Part shown: in pieces, positions 1-12,766 of the stretch
How positions within the stretch are numbered: the first letter of the stretch is position 1
Layout of the letters: each line of letters opens with the position of its first letter
Assembly: GCF_006345805.1 (NCBI RefSeq)
Contig: NC_043003.1
Location: forward strand, 117,304,001-117,368,000
Direction: 5' to 3'
Source of the DNA: Octopus sinensis
Lineage: Eukaryota
DNA length: 64,000 nucleotides
The notes under the pieces: model-generated
What the model was told of the DNA's origin: nothing
Database searches by the model: none
Seen by the model: the letters and a program-made list of their open reading frames with translations, nothing else
Made by a program: the position numbers and the translations under genes

Positions 1-149
1 CATTCCAAATAGACCGATGCTCATCTGATTATGCTAAAGAGACTCTCTCGGTCTTCTTGTAAATTAAATATTATACACCGCAAGTTTTACAAGATTATTT
101 AAATTACGTCAGCCGCAACGCGATGCGCAATTCCACTTTTCATACATAT

Positions 150-960
150 TTTTCACGACTCTCCCGCACCAATCACGAGATTACAAGAATATATGTAAAT
201 CGAAAGTTTTAAAGCAAGCTTTAAATTCAGCGATTGAATAATTGTCGTCCATGACACACGGGAGTTCATTTTTCCGCCACTTCCTCCTAATGGCTTCGCT
301 AAGCCATAGAGTATCTCATTGTACTGTTCGCAGTTCAGTGGACAGTCACTTCCAGAATCCCAGGGAGCATGACACACCTGTCACCCAGAAAAAGAGAGAT
401 TCCATGATTTTCTGTCTTCATAATTGCCTTCAGAAATTCCTAGGCCTCGGGAAAAAATATTTGTCGCTGTTCTATGAATTGAGACGTTGTTTCAGAATCA
501 TAATACCATGCTCAGGTTTCAACCCCTGTCACTAGATCTGAAAGAAAAGCTGTCCTCATCGACTTGTCCTCATCGACTTGTCCTCGTCGACTTCAAATGT
601 CGCCAACGCATCTGATCAGATTTCAACACGTCCGTCTTTAAGATCATGCCATATCTAGATGTACCCATTTTGCTGTCTCTTTCCGAAGACAATAATCACT
701 ATCTCCTGCGACGCATCGTGACCACTGTCCATTTGTGCAACAAACTCGAGGGTTGCGTTTCGCCTGTCAGCGGGTACCACTTCTTTCTCTCATTGACCTT
801 TAGTACAAATGACCCAAAAAGGTTTCTTCTCAATGCGTGGTTTGTCTTCAATGCTGATTTCCTCTTCTTAAACTTTATTTTTCTGTATGTTATATATATT
901 TGTAAGTCCCGGTGTTTATCTTTCCATAATGTGATTGCGAATAGTGTCACCACCATAAAA
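150..960 (-). mobile_element. Highly degraded mariner-type transposase remnant
   Basis: Hand translation of the minus strand at ~560-481 gives AFLSDLVTGVET*AWYYDSET, resembling the mariner FLxxIVTGDETWxxYYDPET first-D motif. IYSCNLV near 190 resembles PYSPDLA. Many stops and frameshifts. Confidence 0.5.
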
Positions 961-1092
961 CAAAATCAAATGTAGCCTCCATCAGCTGTCAATCCGCCTG
1001 CACTCCACTTCATCAACAACTCAACGTTGCTTCTGTTTGAAACTCTTTATCTTCCTGCAATGAAGATGAAAACAAACTACGCATGCACCTAT

Positions 1093-1203
1093 TCTTTTAC
1101 TTGTTTCAGTCATTTGACTGCTGCCATGCTGGAGCACCACCTTTAGTCAAACAAATCAACCCCCTGGATGTATTCTTTGTAAGCCTAGTACTTATTCTAT
1201 CGG
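1093..1203 (-). mobile_element. SINE group B, 3' fragment
   Basis: Matches the 3' end of full copies at 39255, 53513, 61640 and 63563 (cttttacttgtttcagtcatttgactgc.gccatgctggagcacc). Confidence 0.85.
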
Positions 1204-1450
1204 CCTGAGATCCTACGTGCATTAATCTTAGCGCCCTTACTGAAGAAGCACGGACGGCAAATTAATTTGTTTGCACATTAATGCAGAAACTCGAGTGTAG
1301 GGGTAACTATAGAAATATTTTTTATTTTTCTTTCCCTTTGAAAATACTCTTATTCTTGGTTTGGGCTTTAATTACCCTTTCTAGTATATAAGGTGTCCTG
1401 TTTAAGTTCACCTCTTTTATATGAAATATATATATATATATATATATATA

Positions 1451-2040
1451 CGAGCAAAACGCCCCCCGTCCAATGGACGGTACTGAGTTGTCAAACAGTT
1501 AAACCAAATTTTCTCAAAATAACTTGTCAGACCGTCCCATAGGCCTCCCCTTTAAGAAACACTGATTTAACCTAAATTTGAGACACCAGCAAAAGAAGAA
1601 ATAAAGATAGACTTTTTTAATTCCAAAGAAAAACGATTTTATTCACACAAATATGCAACGGAAGAGTTTTAAATACCAGTAATGATAAGGCTGTTATGAT
1701 AGGCTTTCCCTCCTTCATGCCAAGTTTGAAGAAAATATCTCTTTTGCATCTTACTTTTTTGGTCTCTTAAATATACAGCATTTTGTGGCATTATTTCAAG
1801 CCAGCCGGCCTTTTTTTGCGCAAAATGCACGTGCATTTTTCTCGCGTAGGCGTAGTATCGATCGCAACAGCTGATGTACTCGCACGTACAAATGCACGTT
1901 CCCACGGCTTTATCGATTGCATTCTCACCTGGAATCGATTTTTGTAATCTTTTCAAGGCTTATAGACGCCCTGATACGGTCGGTATCTACATATCAAATT
2001 TGAGTGCATATCCTAGAAGACACACACACACACACACACA
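1451..2040 (-). mobile_element. Possible non-autonomous Helitron-like element
   Basis: Perfect hairpin CCGTCC-AAT-GGACGG (1466-1480) lies ~15 nt from a CTCG (CTAG-like) minus-strand end abutting (TA)n. The opposite end runs into (CA)n, similar to the elements at 27932 and 32171. Confidence 0.35.
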
Positions 2041-4385
2041 CACATACACTTATATGTGTGTGAGGGGGTGTTGAAGACAAAGTATGTATACAACATCCCT
2101 TCATACTCTTTAATTAACTGCAATATCATTTTATTTACTCCTATTTAATGCCTTTTAATCTATTTCCACATTGACTCAAGTAAGCTTTCCTTCTCCCTCT
2201 CTCTCTCTCTCTCTCTCACACACAGACACACACACACACATACATATACCATGCACACACTCATTCACCTTTTCTGCACTCAATCTCATTCTCATTCGGT
2301 CACTAATTCTTTTTTCGCTGTGTACATTGTTTTATTTTCTACTTCGTTCGTTGCACAATTTCTCTCATTTATATACTTTTATTTTATTTTCCTCAATATT
2401 CTCTTCATTAATGATATATTGTCTAAATGTCTACAGATTGACTAGATACTTATTGGTCTTTGAGAAAATAAGGCAACAAGCAAGCTTTATTATCAACAAT
2501 GCCGACATAACAAGGCTGACTCGTTAGTGATACAGTTTCACAACATCGACCGGAAGTTGTTGGCTTGTAACATTTTCTATGGATGTAAAGCACATTCGTG
2601 TTGTCTCTTTGATTTACTGACAAACCAGCGAGAATATGACTCAAACGGATCGGATATTATATATAGTTCTTTGTGCATGCATCGTACTACGCGTGTGTGT
2701 ATGTGTCAATGCATGCATATATGTGTATTGGATTTTCGGTAAGTCCGTCAATATCAATGTCGAATGTACACTACTATTAAAGCGTATATGTGTGTGTGTA
2801 TATATACATACACACACACCACACACACACATACACTTATATGTGTGTGAGGGGGTGTTGAAGACAAAGTATGTATACAACATCCCTTCATACTCTTTAA
2901 TTAACTGCAATATCATTTTATTTACTCCTATTTAATGCCTTTTAATCTATTTCCACATTGACTCAAGTAAGCTTTCCTTCTCCCTCTCTCTCTCTCTCTC
3001 TCACACACACACAGACACACACACACACATACATATACCATGCACACACTCATTCACCTTTTCTGCACTCAATCTCATTCTCATTCGGTCACTAATTCTT
3101 TTTTCGCTGTGTACATTGTTTTATTTTCTACTTCGTTCGTTGCACAATTTCTCTCATTTATATACTTTTATTTTATTTTCCTCAATATTCTCTTCATTAA
3201 TGATATATTGTCTAAATGTCTACAGATTGACTAGATACTTATTGGTCTTTGAGAAAATAAGGCAACAAGCAAGCTTTATTATCAACAATGCCGACATAAC
3301 AAGGCTGACTCGTTAGTGATACAGTTTCACAACATCGACCGGAAGTTGTTGGCTTGTAACATTTTCTATGGATGTAAAGCACATTCGTGTTGTCTCTTTG
3401 ATTTACTGACAAACCAGCGAGAATATGACTCAAACGGATCGGATATTATATATAGTTCTTTGTGCATGCATCGTACTACGCGTGTGTGTATGTGTCAATG
3501 CATGCATATATGTGTATTGGATTTTCGGTAAGTCCGTCAATATCAATGTCGAATGTACACTACTATTAAAGCGTATATGTGTGTGTATATATACATACAC
3601 ACACACACACCACACACACACATACACTTATATGTGTGTGAGGGGGTGTTGAAGACAAAGTATGTATACAACATCCCTTCATACTCTTTAATTAACTGCA
3701 ATATCATTTTATTTACTCCTATTTAATGCCTTTTAATCTATTTCCACATTGACTCAAGTAAGCTTTCCTTCTCCCTCTCTCTCTCTCTCTCACACACACA
3801 CAGACACACACACACACATACATATACCATGCACACACTCATTCACCTTTTCTGCACTCAATCTCATTCTCATTCGGTCACTAATTCTTTTTTCGCTGTG
3901 TACATTGTTTTATTTTCTACTTCGTTCGTTGCACAATTTCTCTCATTTATATACTTTTATTTTATTTTCCTCAATATTCTCTTCATTAATGATATATTGT
4001 CTAAATGTCTACAGATTGACTAGATACTTATTGGTCTTTGAGAAAATAAGGCAACAAGCAAGCTTTATTATCAACAATGCCGACATAACAAGGCTGACTC
4101 GTTAGTGATACAGTTTCACAACATCGACCGGAAGTTGTTGGCTTGTAACATTTTCTATGGATGTAAAGCACATTCGTGTTGTCTCTTTGATTTACTGACA
4201 AACCAGCGAGAATATGACTCAAACGGATCGGATATTATATATAGTTCTTTGTGCATGCATCGTACTACGCGTGTGTGTATGTGTCAATGCATGCATATAT
4301 GTGTATTGGATTTTCGGTAAGTCCGTCAATATCAATGTCGAATGTACACTACTATTAAAGCGTATATGTGTGTGTATATATACAT

Positions 4386-4402
<17 letters not shown>
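2021..4402 (+). repeat. Tandem triplication of a ~789-bp unit bounded by (CA)n tracts
   Basis: Identical ORFs recur at +789 and +1578 (2251/3040/3829; 2450/3239/4028; 2527/3316/4105). The visible differences are in microsatellite length. Confidence 0.97.
2437..2522 (+). CDS. Candidate 86-nt internal exon (also at 3226-3311 and 4015-4100)
   Basis: Acceptor tgtctacag| and donor |gttagt. Only one frame is open: (R)LTRYLLVFEKIRQQASFIINNADITRLT. No recognised homologue. Confidence 0.25.
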
Positions 4403-4990
<588 letters not shown>

Positions 4991-5339
4991 GTGAAACGCC
5001 GAATTAAGGACGTACTGTTATTATATCGATTTCTGTTTGGTCGTATGTCTTCTTGTGCGGCTGGCTCTAGTTAGTGCTCACAACCAAACGTTGGTTAGTT
5101 TAGCAAACGTAAATCTTTTTGCGTGCTGAACGGTTAGATGTTTTTCTTGTGGTTTCGGAAGAGGAGCAGGAAGTGATTAGAATAACAATAATACATCACT
5201 GAGACACGAGAACAACAACAACAATAACCACAGCAACGTTAATTATATGCAACAGTTTCACCCACTCATTAGGCAAACACGCACAAACATGAAACATCTG
5301 CACACTCACAAAACATACATCAACACATTCATATATACA

Positions 5340-5516
5340 CACTCACATACACACGCACAATATATATAAATATATACATACATATGCATATATGTGTATG
5401 TCTATATATATATATATGCGTGTGTGTGTGTGTGCATAAATATAAATATATACATATATATGCATATATGTGTGTGTGTGTCTATATATGTGTGTGTGTG
5501 TGTGTGTGTATCTATC

Positions 5517-5562
<46 letters not shown>

Positions 5563-5592
5563 TAGATCACACATAGACCCACAGATATATAT

Positions 5593-5624
<32 letters not shown>

Positions 5625-5700
5625 CATATATTCTTACATACACGCATACATGAATAGCTCCTCTTTCTCGCAACATGTGTGCATGTGTGACTGAGTGAGT
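5340..5700. repeat. Compound (TA)n/(TG)n microsatellite
   Basis: Direct reading. Confidence 0.9.
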
Positions 5701-5971
5701 AGACACAGATCTTTTGTAGAGAATTATGTAACCGAACTAAATAAGAGAAAGATAACCATTATTTCTCTTTACGCTCTTTTATGTCTAAATAACAGCATTT
5801 ATATGTTCGCACACTTTAAAACATATATCAGTAGCAATTATGTTCATCATTGCACTTGTTTAACAAGCGATTTGGCCTGAGATCCTGCGCCGAATCTTGG
5901 ATAAATCCTTCTTGTAGAATGATAACACTCGATAATAACCCAACTTGTTTATTCAGTTCCTCTCTTTTTCT

Positions 5972-5979
5972 CATTATTA

Positions 5980-6043
<64 letters not shown>

Positions 6044-6102
6044 CCTTATTATTATTGTTGTTGTTGTTATTATTATTATTATTATCATTATTATTATTGT
6101 TG

Positions 6103-6142
<40 letters not shown>

Positions 6143-6207
6143 CATTATTATTATTGTTGTTGTTGTTATTATAATCATTATTATCATTATTATTATAGAT
6201 GTTGTTC

Positions 6208-6247
<40 letters not shown>

Positions 6248-6267
6248 CATTATTATTGTTGTTGTTA

Positions 6268-6313
<46 letters not shown>

Positions 6314-6333
6314 CATTATTATTATTATTGTTG

Positions 6334-6366
<33 letters not shown>
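5972..6366. repeat. (ATT/GTT)n trinucleotide microsatellite
   Basis: Direct reading; it explains the poly-I/Y/N ORFs. Confidence 0.97.
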
Positions 6367-6367
<1 letters not shown>

Positions 6368-6438
6368 GGCGGTGATCTGGCAGAGTCGTTAGCACGCCAG
6401 GCAAAATTCTTAGCGGTATTTCGCCCGTCTCAACGTTC
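6367..6438 (+). mobile_element. SINE group A, 5' head fragment
   Basis: aggcggtgatctggcagagtcgttagcacgccaggc...ggtatttcg matches the heads at 12246 and 60726. Confidence 0.7.
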
Positions 6439-6439
6439 C

Positions 6440-7031
6440 TATTATCTCGGTTCTTAGCATTGATCTCTGTTTTTAGTATTGATCTCACTCGACTATAGTA
6501 TTCTTTCTTTATTTTCTCTTTCATTTGTGTGTGTTGTATCGTACCTAGTTCATGGATTCCTAAATATTTGTATGTCTGGCTTTGGTCTAATTCTCTTATT
6601 TCATTGGCTTTGTCTAGTGTGATGTTGCTACTCTTAACTAGTTTTCCTCTTTTCAAGGTTGCTTTGGCACATTTTTCTAAGCCAAACTTCATATCTATTT
6701 CTTTGGTAAATACATGTACTGTCTGAAGTGGTGTTTCCAGTTGTTTATCATTTGTAGCGTATAGTTTTAGGTCATCCATATATAAGAGGTGGCTAATTGT
6801 TTTGCCGTTACATTTTTATCCGCATCCAGTTCTTTCTAGCATGTCAGATAAAGGTGTCACTGCCAAACAGAAAAGGAGTAGAGAGAGCGTGTTTCCCTGG
6901 AATATTCCTCTTCCAATGGGGATGGCTTTGGTTTTCACGAGTCCCTCTTTTGTTTGGAGCTGTAGCACTGCCTGCCACTTATTCATAGAGTGTCTTATGT
7001 ATTTTATAATTGTTGGTGCTATCTTGTTCAT
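6440..7031 (-). mobile_element. R4/Dong-clade non-LTR retrotransposon, RT fragment
   Basis: RGIFQGNTLSLLLFCLAV, then (Y)MDDLKLYA..KFGLEKCAK..YKYLGI..MKEKIKKEYYSRVRSILKTEINAKN, typical of R4/Dong RT. Flanked by ATT/GTT repeats. Confidence 0.85.
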
Positions 7032-7439
7032 GATTTATTATTATTGTTGTTGTTGTCATTGTTGTTGTTGTTATTTTAAAAAGATTGGTGTAACTCTTCA
7101 AGAAGGTAAATAGATAATACGAAGAGCGCGATATTTCTGCAGAAGGTATTTTATTGGGTTGAACGATATTTCTATAGTTTGCCTGTGTTTGTCAAGTTCG
7201 AAATGAAAAGCGATACATGGAAATTCAAAATTATAGGCATTCAAATTGAAAAGCTTTAATGAGGAGGTCCTGCGTTCCCACTTAGACGGAATTACATCAT
7301 TAGTCTTTAATTTTCAGTTTTACAATTGGCGAAAAGAAAAATAAAGAAAAAAAAGAGAAAGAAAAGAATAAAGACAAAGAAAATGAAGAAGAATATTTAG
7401 TCAAACAGTTTTTTGCAAATATGATGAAATTCCTTCATT

Positions 7440-8290
7440 TTGCTCAGTAATAACTCACAAACATATTTGTCCTCATATATTTTGAGGACTAAAGGCGTAG
7501 TAGATTCAGAATATCTTTTTCAAAATTACAGCCGTTTCATCTAAAAATGTTCGGCAATTTCAGTCGAACTACTGCTCTTGTGTCTAATGTCATATGTGTT
7601 CCCATCGAATTTTTTGCTTAATTGTTCTGTTGCCAACACAGATTAAGGTGTGTTTGGTGCAGTCTGCTGCGTAGACAAAATGGGAATCTCTACACGTCCT
7701 ACATTTCTGTTATGAATCCCGATGGAATTGACTTGACTCATGTTGCTGCACAATGAACAGAGCTCACCTCTCTTGCAGCTGTTTTTCAAGCTACAGCATT
7801 CAGAAACTCCAATGTTAGTTTTCTTGGAGTCAAAAATAGAGGTTAATAGTTCCCTTATATTTTTATTCCGTCTAAAGGCTACAATAGGCGGCTGAGGAAA
7901 TATTTGTTTGAAACAGGGATATTTTTCTGCAACATGCTGATAACTCTCATGTAACACTAGAAACTCAAAAGTGTTGCATGAAAGTTACCAGCATGTTGCG
8001 GAAAAATATCCATGTTTCAAATAAATATTCCATCCACCGCCTATTGTAGCCTGTCGGAATCTTTGAACTTTTCTTTAACATCTTAAATCTAATGTCTCTT
8101 CCCTGATGACAGAAGCTCGTCTCATCCTGTGATGGAATCAATCGACAAATATTATGGACCATTGAGCCCCAAGAAACAGCTGTAGGATTTGTAATACTTT
8201 TCTTCAACCCATTTAATCCTCTGCATCGTTTGTATTCTGTGTAAGTTTGACCTTTTTTGCGGATACATATATAATTTTTTTTGTATTTCA
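7440..8290 (-). mobile_element. Degraded Penelope-like element (RT C-terminus, linker, GIY-YIG)
   Basis: IFPQPPIVAFRRNKNIRELL linker motif and a Cys-rich segment; downstream frame gives YDIRHKSSSSTEIAEHF (GIY-YIG). Confidence 0.7.
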
Positions 8291-8440
8291 TGTATTTAGT
8301 ATACTTTATATATTGATCCGGCTAATTCGCTTATCTTTATATTTACTCCCCTAAACCCGCTCAAGTTTAAACTTCTTGAACACTACTAAGTGTATTCTAT
8401 ACGGAAAATGTTTGGATCTCATCTACACGCACACACACAC

Positions 8441-8582
8441 ACGACGGGCTTCTTTCAGTTTCCGTCGACCAAATCCACTCAGAAGACTTTGGTGAGCCCG
8501 AGGTTATAGTAGAAGACACTTGCCAAAGGTGCCACGCAGTGGGACTGAACCCAGAACCATGTGGCTGAAATGCAAACTTCTT
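8441..8582 (-). mobile_element. SINE group B, 5' part
   Basis: Matches the head and central part of other B copies (gacgggcttctttcagtttccgtc..gggactgaaccc). Confidence 0.85.
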
Positions 8583-8816
8583 ATTGCACTCGAACAAACT
8601 AAAGATTAATTTCTTCCTTTCGTTCCGGTTTTTGGCAAGTTGGGGAAGTTCAGTTTTTTCTTTGAAATGAAAACTATTTGAAATTTCTAGTTCGACAAGG
8701 TGACCTTTCGGGCTTATTTCTCGACATGTCGACGAACATTACGTACTTCTTTTTACACTTGGATGCTATAATTCACGTTACGCATCCCTCTACAGTAGCA
8801 ACCTCTCATCGTCGCC

Positions 8817-8832
8817 CCACCTGGTGGCGCTA
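8817..8832 (+). promoter_or_regulatory. CTCF-like motif CCACCTGGTGGCGCTA
   Basis: Close to the bilaterian CTCF core CCACCAG(G/A)(G/T)GGCGC and quasi-palindromic. Motif match only. Confidence 0.3.
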
Positions 8833-9119
8833 AATAGAGCAACAAATAAAGTCTAGCTTAGAACGTAAAGAATTAAGACAAATACTGCGCGACATCTTGT
8901 TCGATGCGCTAACGATTCTCTCGGTTGGCCATTCTAGGCTGTTACTTCATTCTATAGTCCTCGGAGGAATGGATACAGAGGGATTTGAACACAGCACAAA
9001 GAGAGACGAAAACAAATTCCACTGCATTTTGGGCTACGCAGATATGACTCTGCTCTTTCGCTGTTGTTGTCATCTGTTACTCAGTGGTCTTTCTAGCCCT
9101 CGTCTTCACATTCCTCCTC

Positions 9120-9480
9120 GAGAAGGTATGTGAAGACGCAGGCCAGAATGTGAAGCATTTTCCAATCGAAGTCGGGTGTAGATTATTTGTACTCAGTGTG
9201 AGACGACTGCTGTTATCGTTAGGCCTAACTCATCATAAACTAAATACCACTATAATCGATATTCAATCTACAGTGGAAAAGGCTAACCACTGGACTTGGT
9301 TAAAAAGAAATGATGAGCGATGGCTAGAAGAATGTTGAGCTTTATTTGATAACCAGTTGATCTAGCAAACGGGGCCTCATATCATGAGGTGAGAGGGCCG
9401 GTGCGCAATGATGTTGTGGAGAGGTAGGCCCCGAAACGGCGCGCATTCTCTCCTGATGACCCCATACACTTGGTGGTTTC
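9120..9480 (+). mobile_element. 3' end of a Hero-like (RLE-bearing) non-LTR retrotransposon
   Basis: CEDAGQNVKHFPIEVGCR...VEKANHWTWLKRNDERW resembles the Hero C-terminus (PVEVGCRG...AERAS.WLWLKR), followed by a GC-richer putative 3' UTR. Confidence 0.65.
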
Positions 9481-10306
9481 AAGTATGCGGAGCTTTAGAC
9501 TAGTAGCACTTACTTGTACAAGCTGTTTGCAAAACATCAACCAGAAACTTTAAGAATTTTTTCACACATATTATGACAAGTTAAACGTAAAGCAAAGAAT
9601 GAACGCAACATTCTATATATACTTTTCGACCAAATAATATCACTCTCTACAAATGCTTTATATTCAGCGCATTATTGCTTTTCAAATATAATATTCAGTT
9701 TGTGAATTGAAACTATTTTTAACCTGCGCAATTTGTTTTAGAAATAGAAGGCAGTGAAAGAGAAAATACAGTATTGTGTCTAATTTAATTTAACCTGTAA
9801 CATTGAAGAAACACAGTGTAATACAATTCTCTCAAGCCAGATCTCAAATTCGGTTTCAAATAATTTAAAGAATTCTTACATAGCGGTATTGGAACGCCTG
9901 CGGTTAAGAAATTAGCTTCGCAACTAGGTTATTCTAAATTTTATCCTACTGACGCATATATTTTCTATTATAAGCTCAAGCTGACCAATAAGTGATGGAA
10001 ACTATGCGGAAGCCCATTGCATCTATGTGTGTGCATATATGTGTTTGTGTGCGTGTGTGATGGCTTAGGGGTTTTATTTTGCCGTAACTTCGATCCTGGA
10101 ATGAAGCAGCCTATGATGTCATTAATTAAAGCACTTAATTTTATGTTTTAGTTCATTGAGCAGTGTATAAGTCCAATAGATAGCTGAAAAATTAAATTTG
10201 CGACACACTGGAATCTTATTCAGGGTTATATCTTGTACTCGCGAGCACTTAAACGTTATGGAAGACGATATGCTATCCAACCCAATGAGAATGAAAACTC
10301 GCAATA

Positions 10307-10338
10307 TACATACATACATACATACATACATACATACA

Positions 10339-10372
<34 letters not shown>

Positions 10373-10410
10373 CATACATACATATATACATACATACATA
10401 CATACATATA

Positions 10411-10444
<34 letters not shown>

Positions 10445-10675
10445 CATACATACATACATAATTACATAATTAGATACATAAATACATAATTACATTCATA
10501 CATAAATATATAATTACATACATACTTATATGCATGCATGCATACATACATGCATGCATACATACATACATACATACATACATACAAACATACATACATA
10601 CATACATACATACATACATACATACATACATACATACATACATACATACATACATACATACATACATACATACAT
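10307..10675. repeat. (CATA)n tetranucleotide array
   Basis: Direct reading. Confidence 0.97.
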
Positions 10676-11133
10676 TGTTGATGTCTGAATTCGAAGGAGT
10701 CTTGGATCTAGATTAGAAACCGACTCTCTATTGGCAAGAAGTCTTGAAATAAATCTGAATATATAGAATACATTGATAAAGAAACCTTCCATCCAGCAGC
10801 TTGACCAGCCAAGAAAAGCAGCAAAATACCATTAAAATACTATCTTCCCTTTTCTCTCAGTTTTTGACTTTTGAAACACATTATCAAATATGTCTGCCAA
10901 CATTTCCAGCATAGACGAGTGTGATTTCAAAGAAGTTTGGCTGCCCTAGCGGTTGTTTCTCTTGGTGCTGAGAGAAATTTCCACAAGGCAGTTGGAGGTG
11001 TTTTTACATAGTTTACCAATGTTTTTAAGAGTTATTCACTTCTCTACATCCTCCTTTAGTCTCAAAAAATAGCACCTACTTCTAGACAGATAAATTGAAA
11101 ATCAGGTGGAGTGCAGTAAGCAGAAAGTATAAT

Positions 11134-11134
<1 letters not shown>

Positions 11135-11164
<30 letters not shown>

Positions 11165-11356
11165 AAGAAGAAGAAGAAGAAGGAGGAGGAGGAGGAGGAG
11201 GAGGAGAAGAAGAAGAAGAAGGAGAAGAAGGAGGAGAAGAAGAAGGAGGAGGAGGAGAAGGAGAAGAAGAAGAAGAAGAAAAAGAAGAAGAAAAAGAAGA
11301 AAACAACAACAACAAGGTGGTGGTGGTGGTGGTGGTGGTGGTGGTGGTGGTGGTGA
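11135..11356. repeat. (GAA/GAG)n + (CAA)n + (GGT)n compound repeat
   Basis: Direct reading. Confidence 0.95.
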
Positions 11357-12245
11357 TAGGGTATTTGGGAAAAGTATAATTGCAAGTGTGTAGGGTATTG
11401 GCAATTCTTGCTGTGTAAATGAGTATTAAAGCATCACCAGCATTCTTTGGAATTCCTGTACGTTATACCTCCCTACATTACAAGGTTTACGGGTGAGTAT
11501 GTATTCTGTTCATAAGACAGTATAATTTTCCATAAATCATGCTTGTATTATTTAGAATAGAATCAAATAATGTAGGACCAACGGATTTCGAAACGTTAGT
11601 AACGAACTCTATTATACAATGTCTGGGATGTTGCGTCACATTTCAAAGGATGTCAAGTACATAGTGAATGAGAATTGTCGACTGTTTCAATTAGACAAGA
11701 AAAAAAAGAACAAAGAACGGAATTAGTTCAAGAGCGCAAACGAGAATCCGAACCGAATCTCTTACTCTCCTCTAAGATGTCAATCAGGAATCGTGAATGA
11801 TTCCGGAGTTTCAAATTAAAGCAGATACAAAATAAATATTCTTTTAATTTGAGTCTGCTATAGGCAGAAATCCCAGAAGATTGCTTATCTCTTCGTAATT
11901 GTGAGGGGGAAATTACATCCGATAACAAATTTGCAGCGATTAAATCGATTCAATGAAATAACTCAATAAATCGATGAAATAAATAACTCAGTATCAATCT
12001 AGAGGTTAGCGGTTCTTAGATCTTTAACGGTTATTTTATGATACGTCTATGGAGAATATATTTCACTGCTAATGCTCCTGTCTGTGAAGCTTTAAACAGC
12101 TCAAACGTTTGGAAACTGCTATCTGTTGTGACATCTCGAGAATCCGAAAATATGGAAAATTTCAGTTGAGTTAAATTCATTCCGTTACTTCGCCAAAGTG
12201 CCTTGCCCTGAATATTTAAAGGAAGATTATATATATATATGTATA

Positions 12246-12473
12246 GGCGGCGAGCTGACAGAAACGTTAGCGCGTAGGGCGAAATGCTTAGCTGTATTTC
12301 GTCTGTCGTTACGTTCTGAGTTCAAATTCTGCCGGGGTTGACTTTGCCTTTAATCCTCTCGGGTCGATAAATAAAGTACCAGTTTCGCACTGGGTCGATA
12401 TAATCGACTTAATCCCTTTGTCTGTCCTTGTTTGTCCCCTCTATGTTTAGCCCCTTATGGGCAATAAAGAAAT
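12246..12473 (+). mobile_element. SINE group A, full monomer (tail A1)
   Basis: tRNA-like head with B-box-like GAGTTCAAATTC, central gactttgcctttcatcctttcggggtcgataaa-type block, and tail ...gccccttatgggcaataaagaaat. Confidence 0.9.
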
Positions 12474-12475
12474 AT

Positions 12476-12529
<54 letters not shown>

Positions 12530-12593
12530 GATAATGCAATACAAATGCATTACTTTCCAGCAAATCCCCATAAGGGTAAAATTATACACATAA

Positions 12594-12709
12594 AAGTAGA
12601 TAAATGGTACAAGGCACCAATATTTACTGGAAAATAGCAATCGATATAAATACGACGCTATTGTATCGATTGCTATTTTCCAGTAAATATTGGTACCATT
12701 TATCTACTT
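12594..12709. other. Near-perfect long hairpin (31 + 15 bp stems, 7-nt bulge, 17-nt loop)
   Basis: 12616-12646 is the exact reverse complement of 12664-12694; 12594-12608 is the exact reverse complement of 12695-12709. Confidence 0.95.
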
Positions 12710-12766
12710 ATATATGTATATATGTATATATATATATCGAGAGAGAGAAATAGATAGATAGATAGA

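Noticed and set aside
5949-6779. 276-aa RT ORF ending in poly-Asn
   Set aside because: A truncated Dong RT reading through a SINE fragment into (AAT)n; not a real fusion protein.
9425-9465. GAAAC...CTGATGA in the Hero-like 3' UTR (possible type II hammerhead)
   Set aside because: The strand after CTGATGA (CCCC) cannot pair with the GGCCCC preceding GAAA, so stem II does not form.
11441-11492. Candidate plus-strand micro-exon (CGG|GTGAGT donor); similar cases near 27549-27632 and 29730-29868
   Set aside because: Weak acceptors or low-complexity content, no recognisable peptide, and no consistent gene model.
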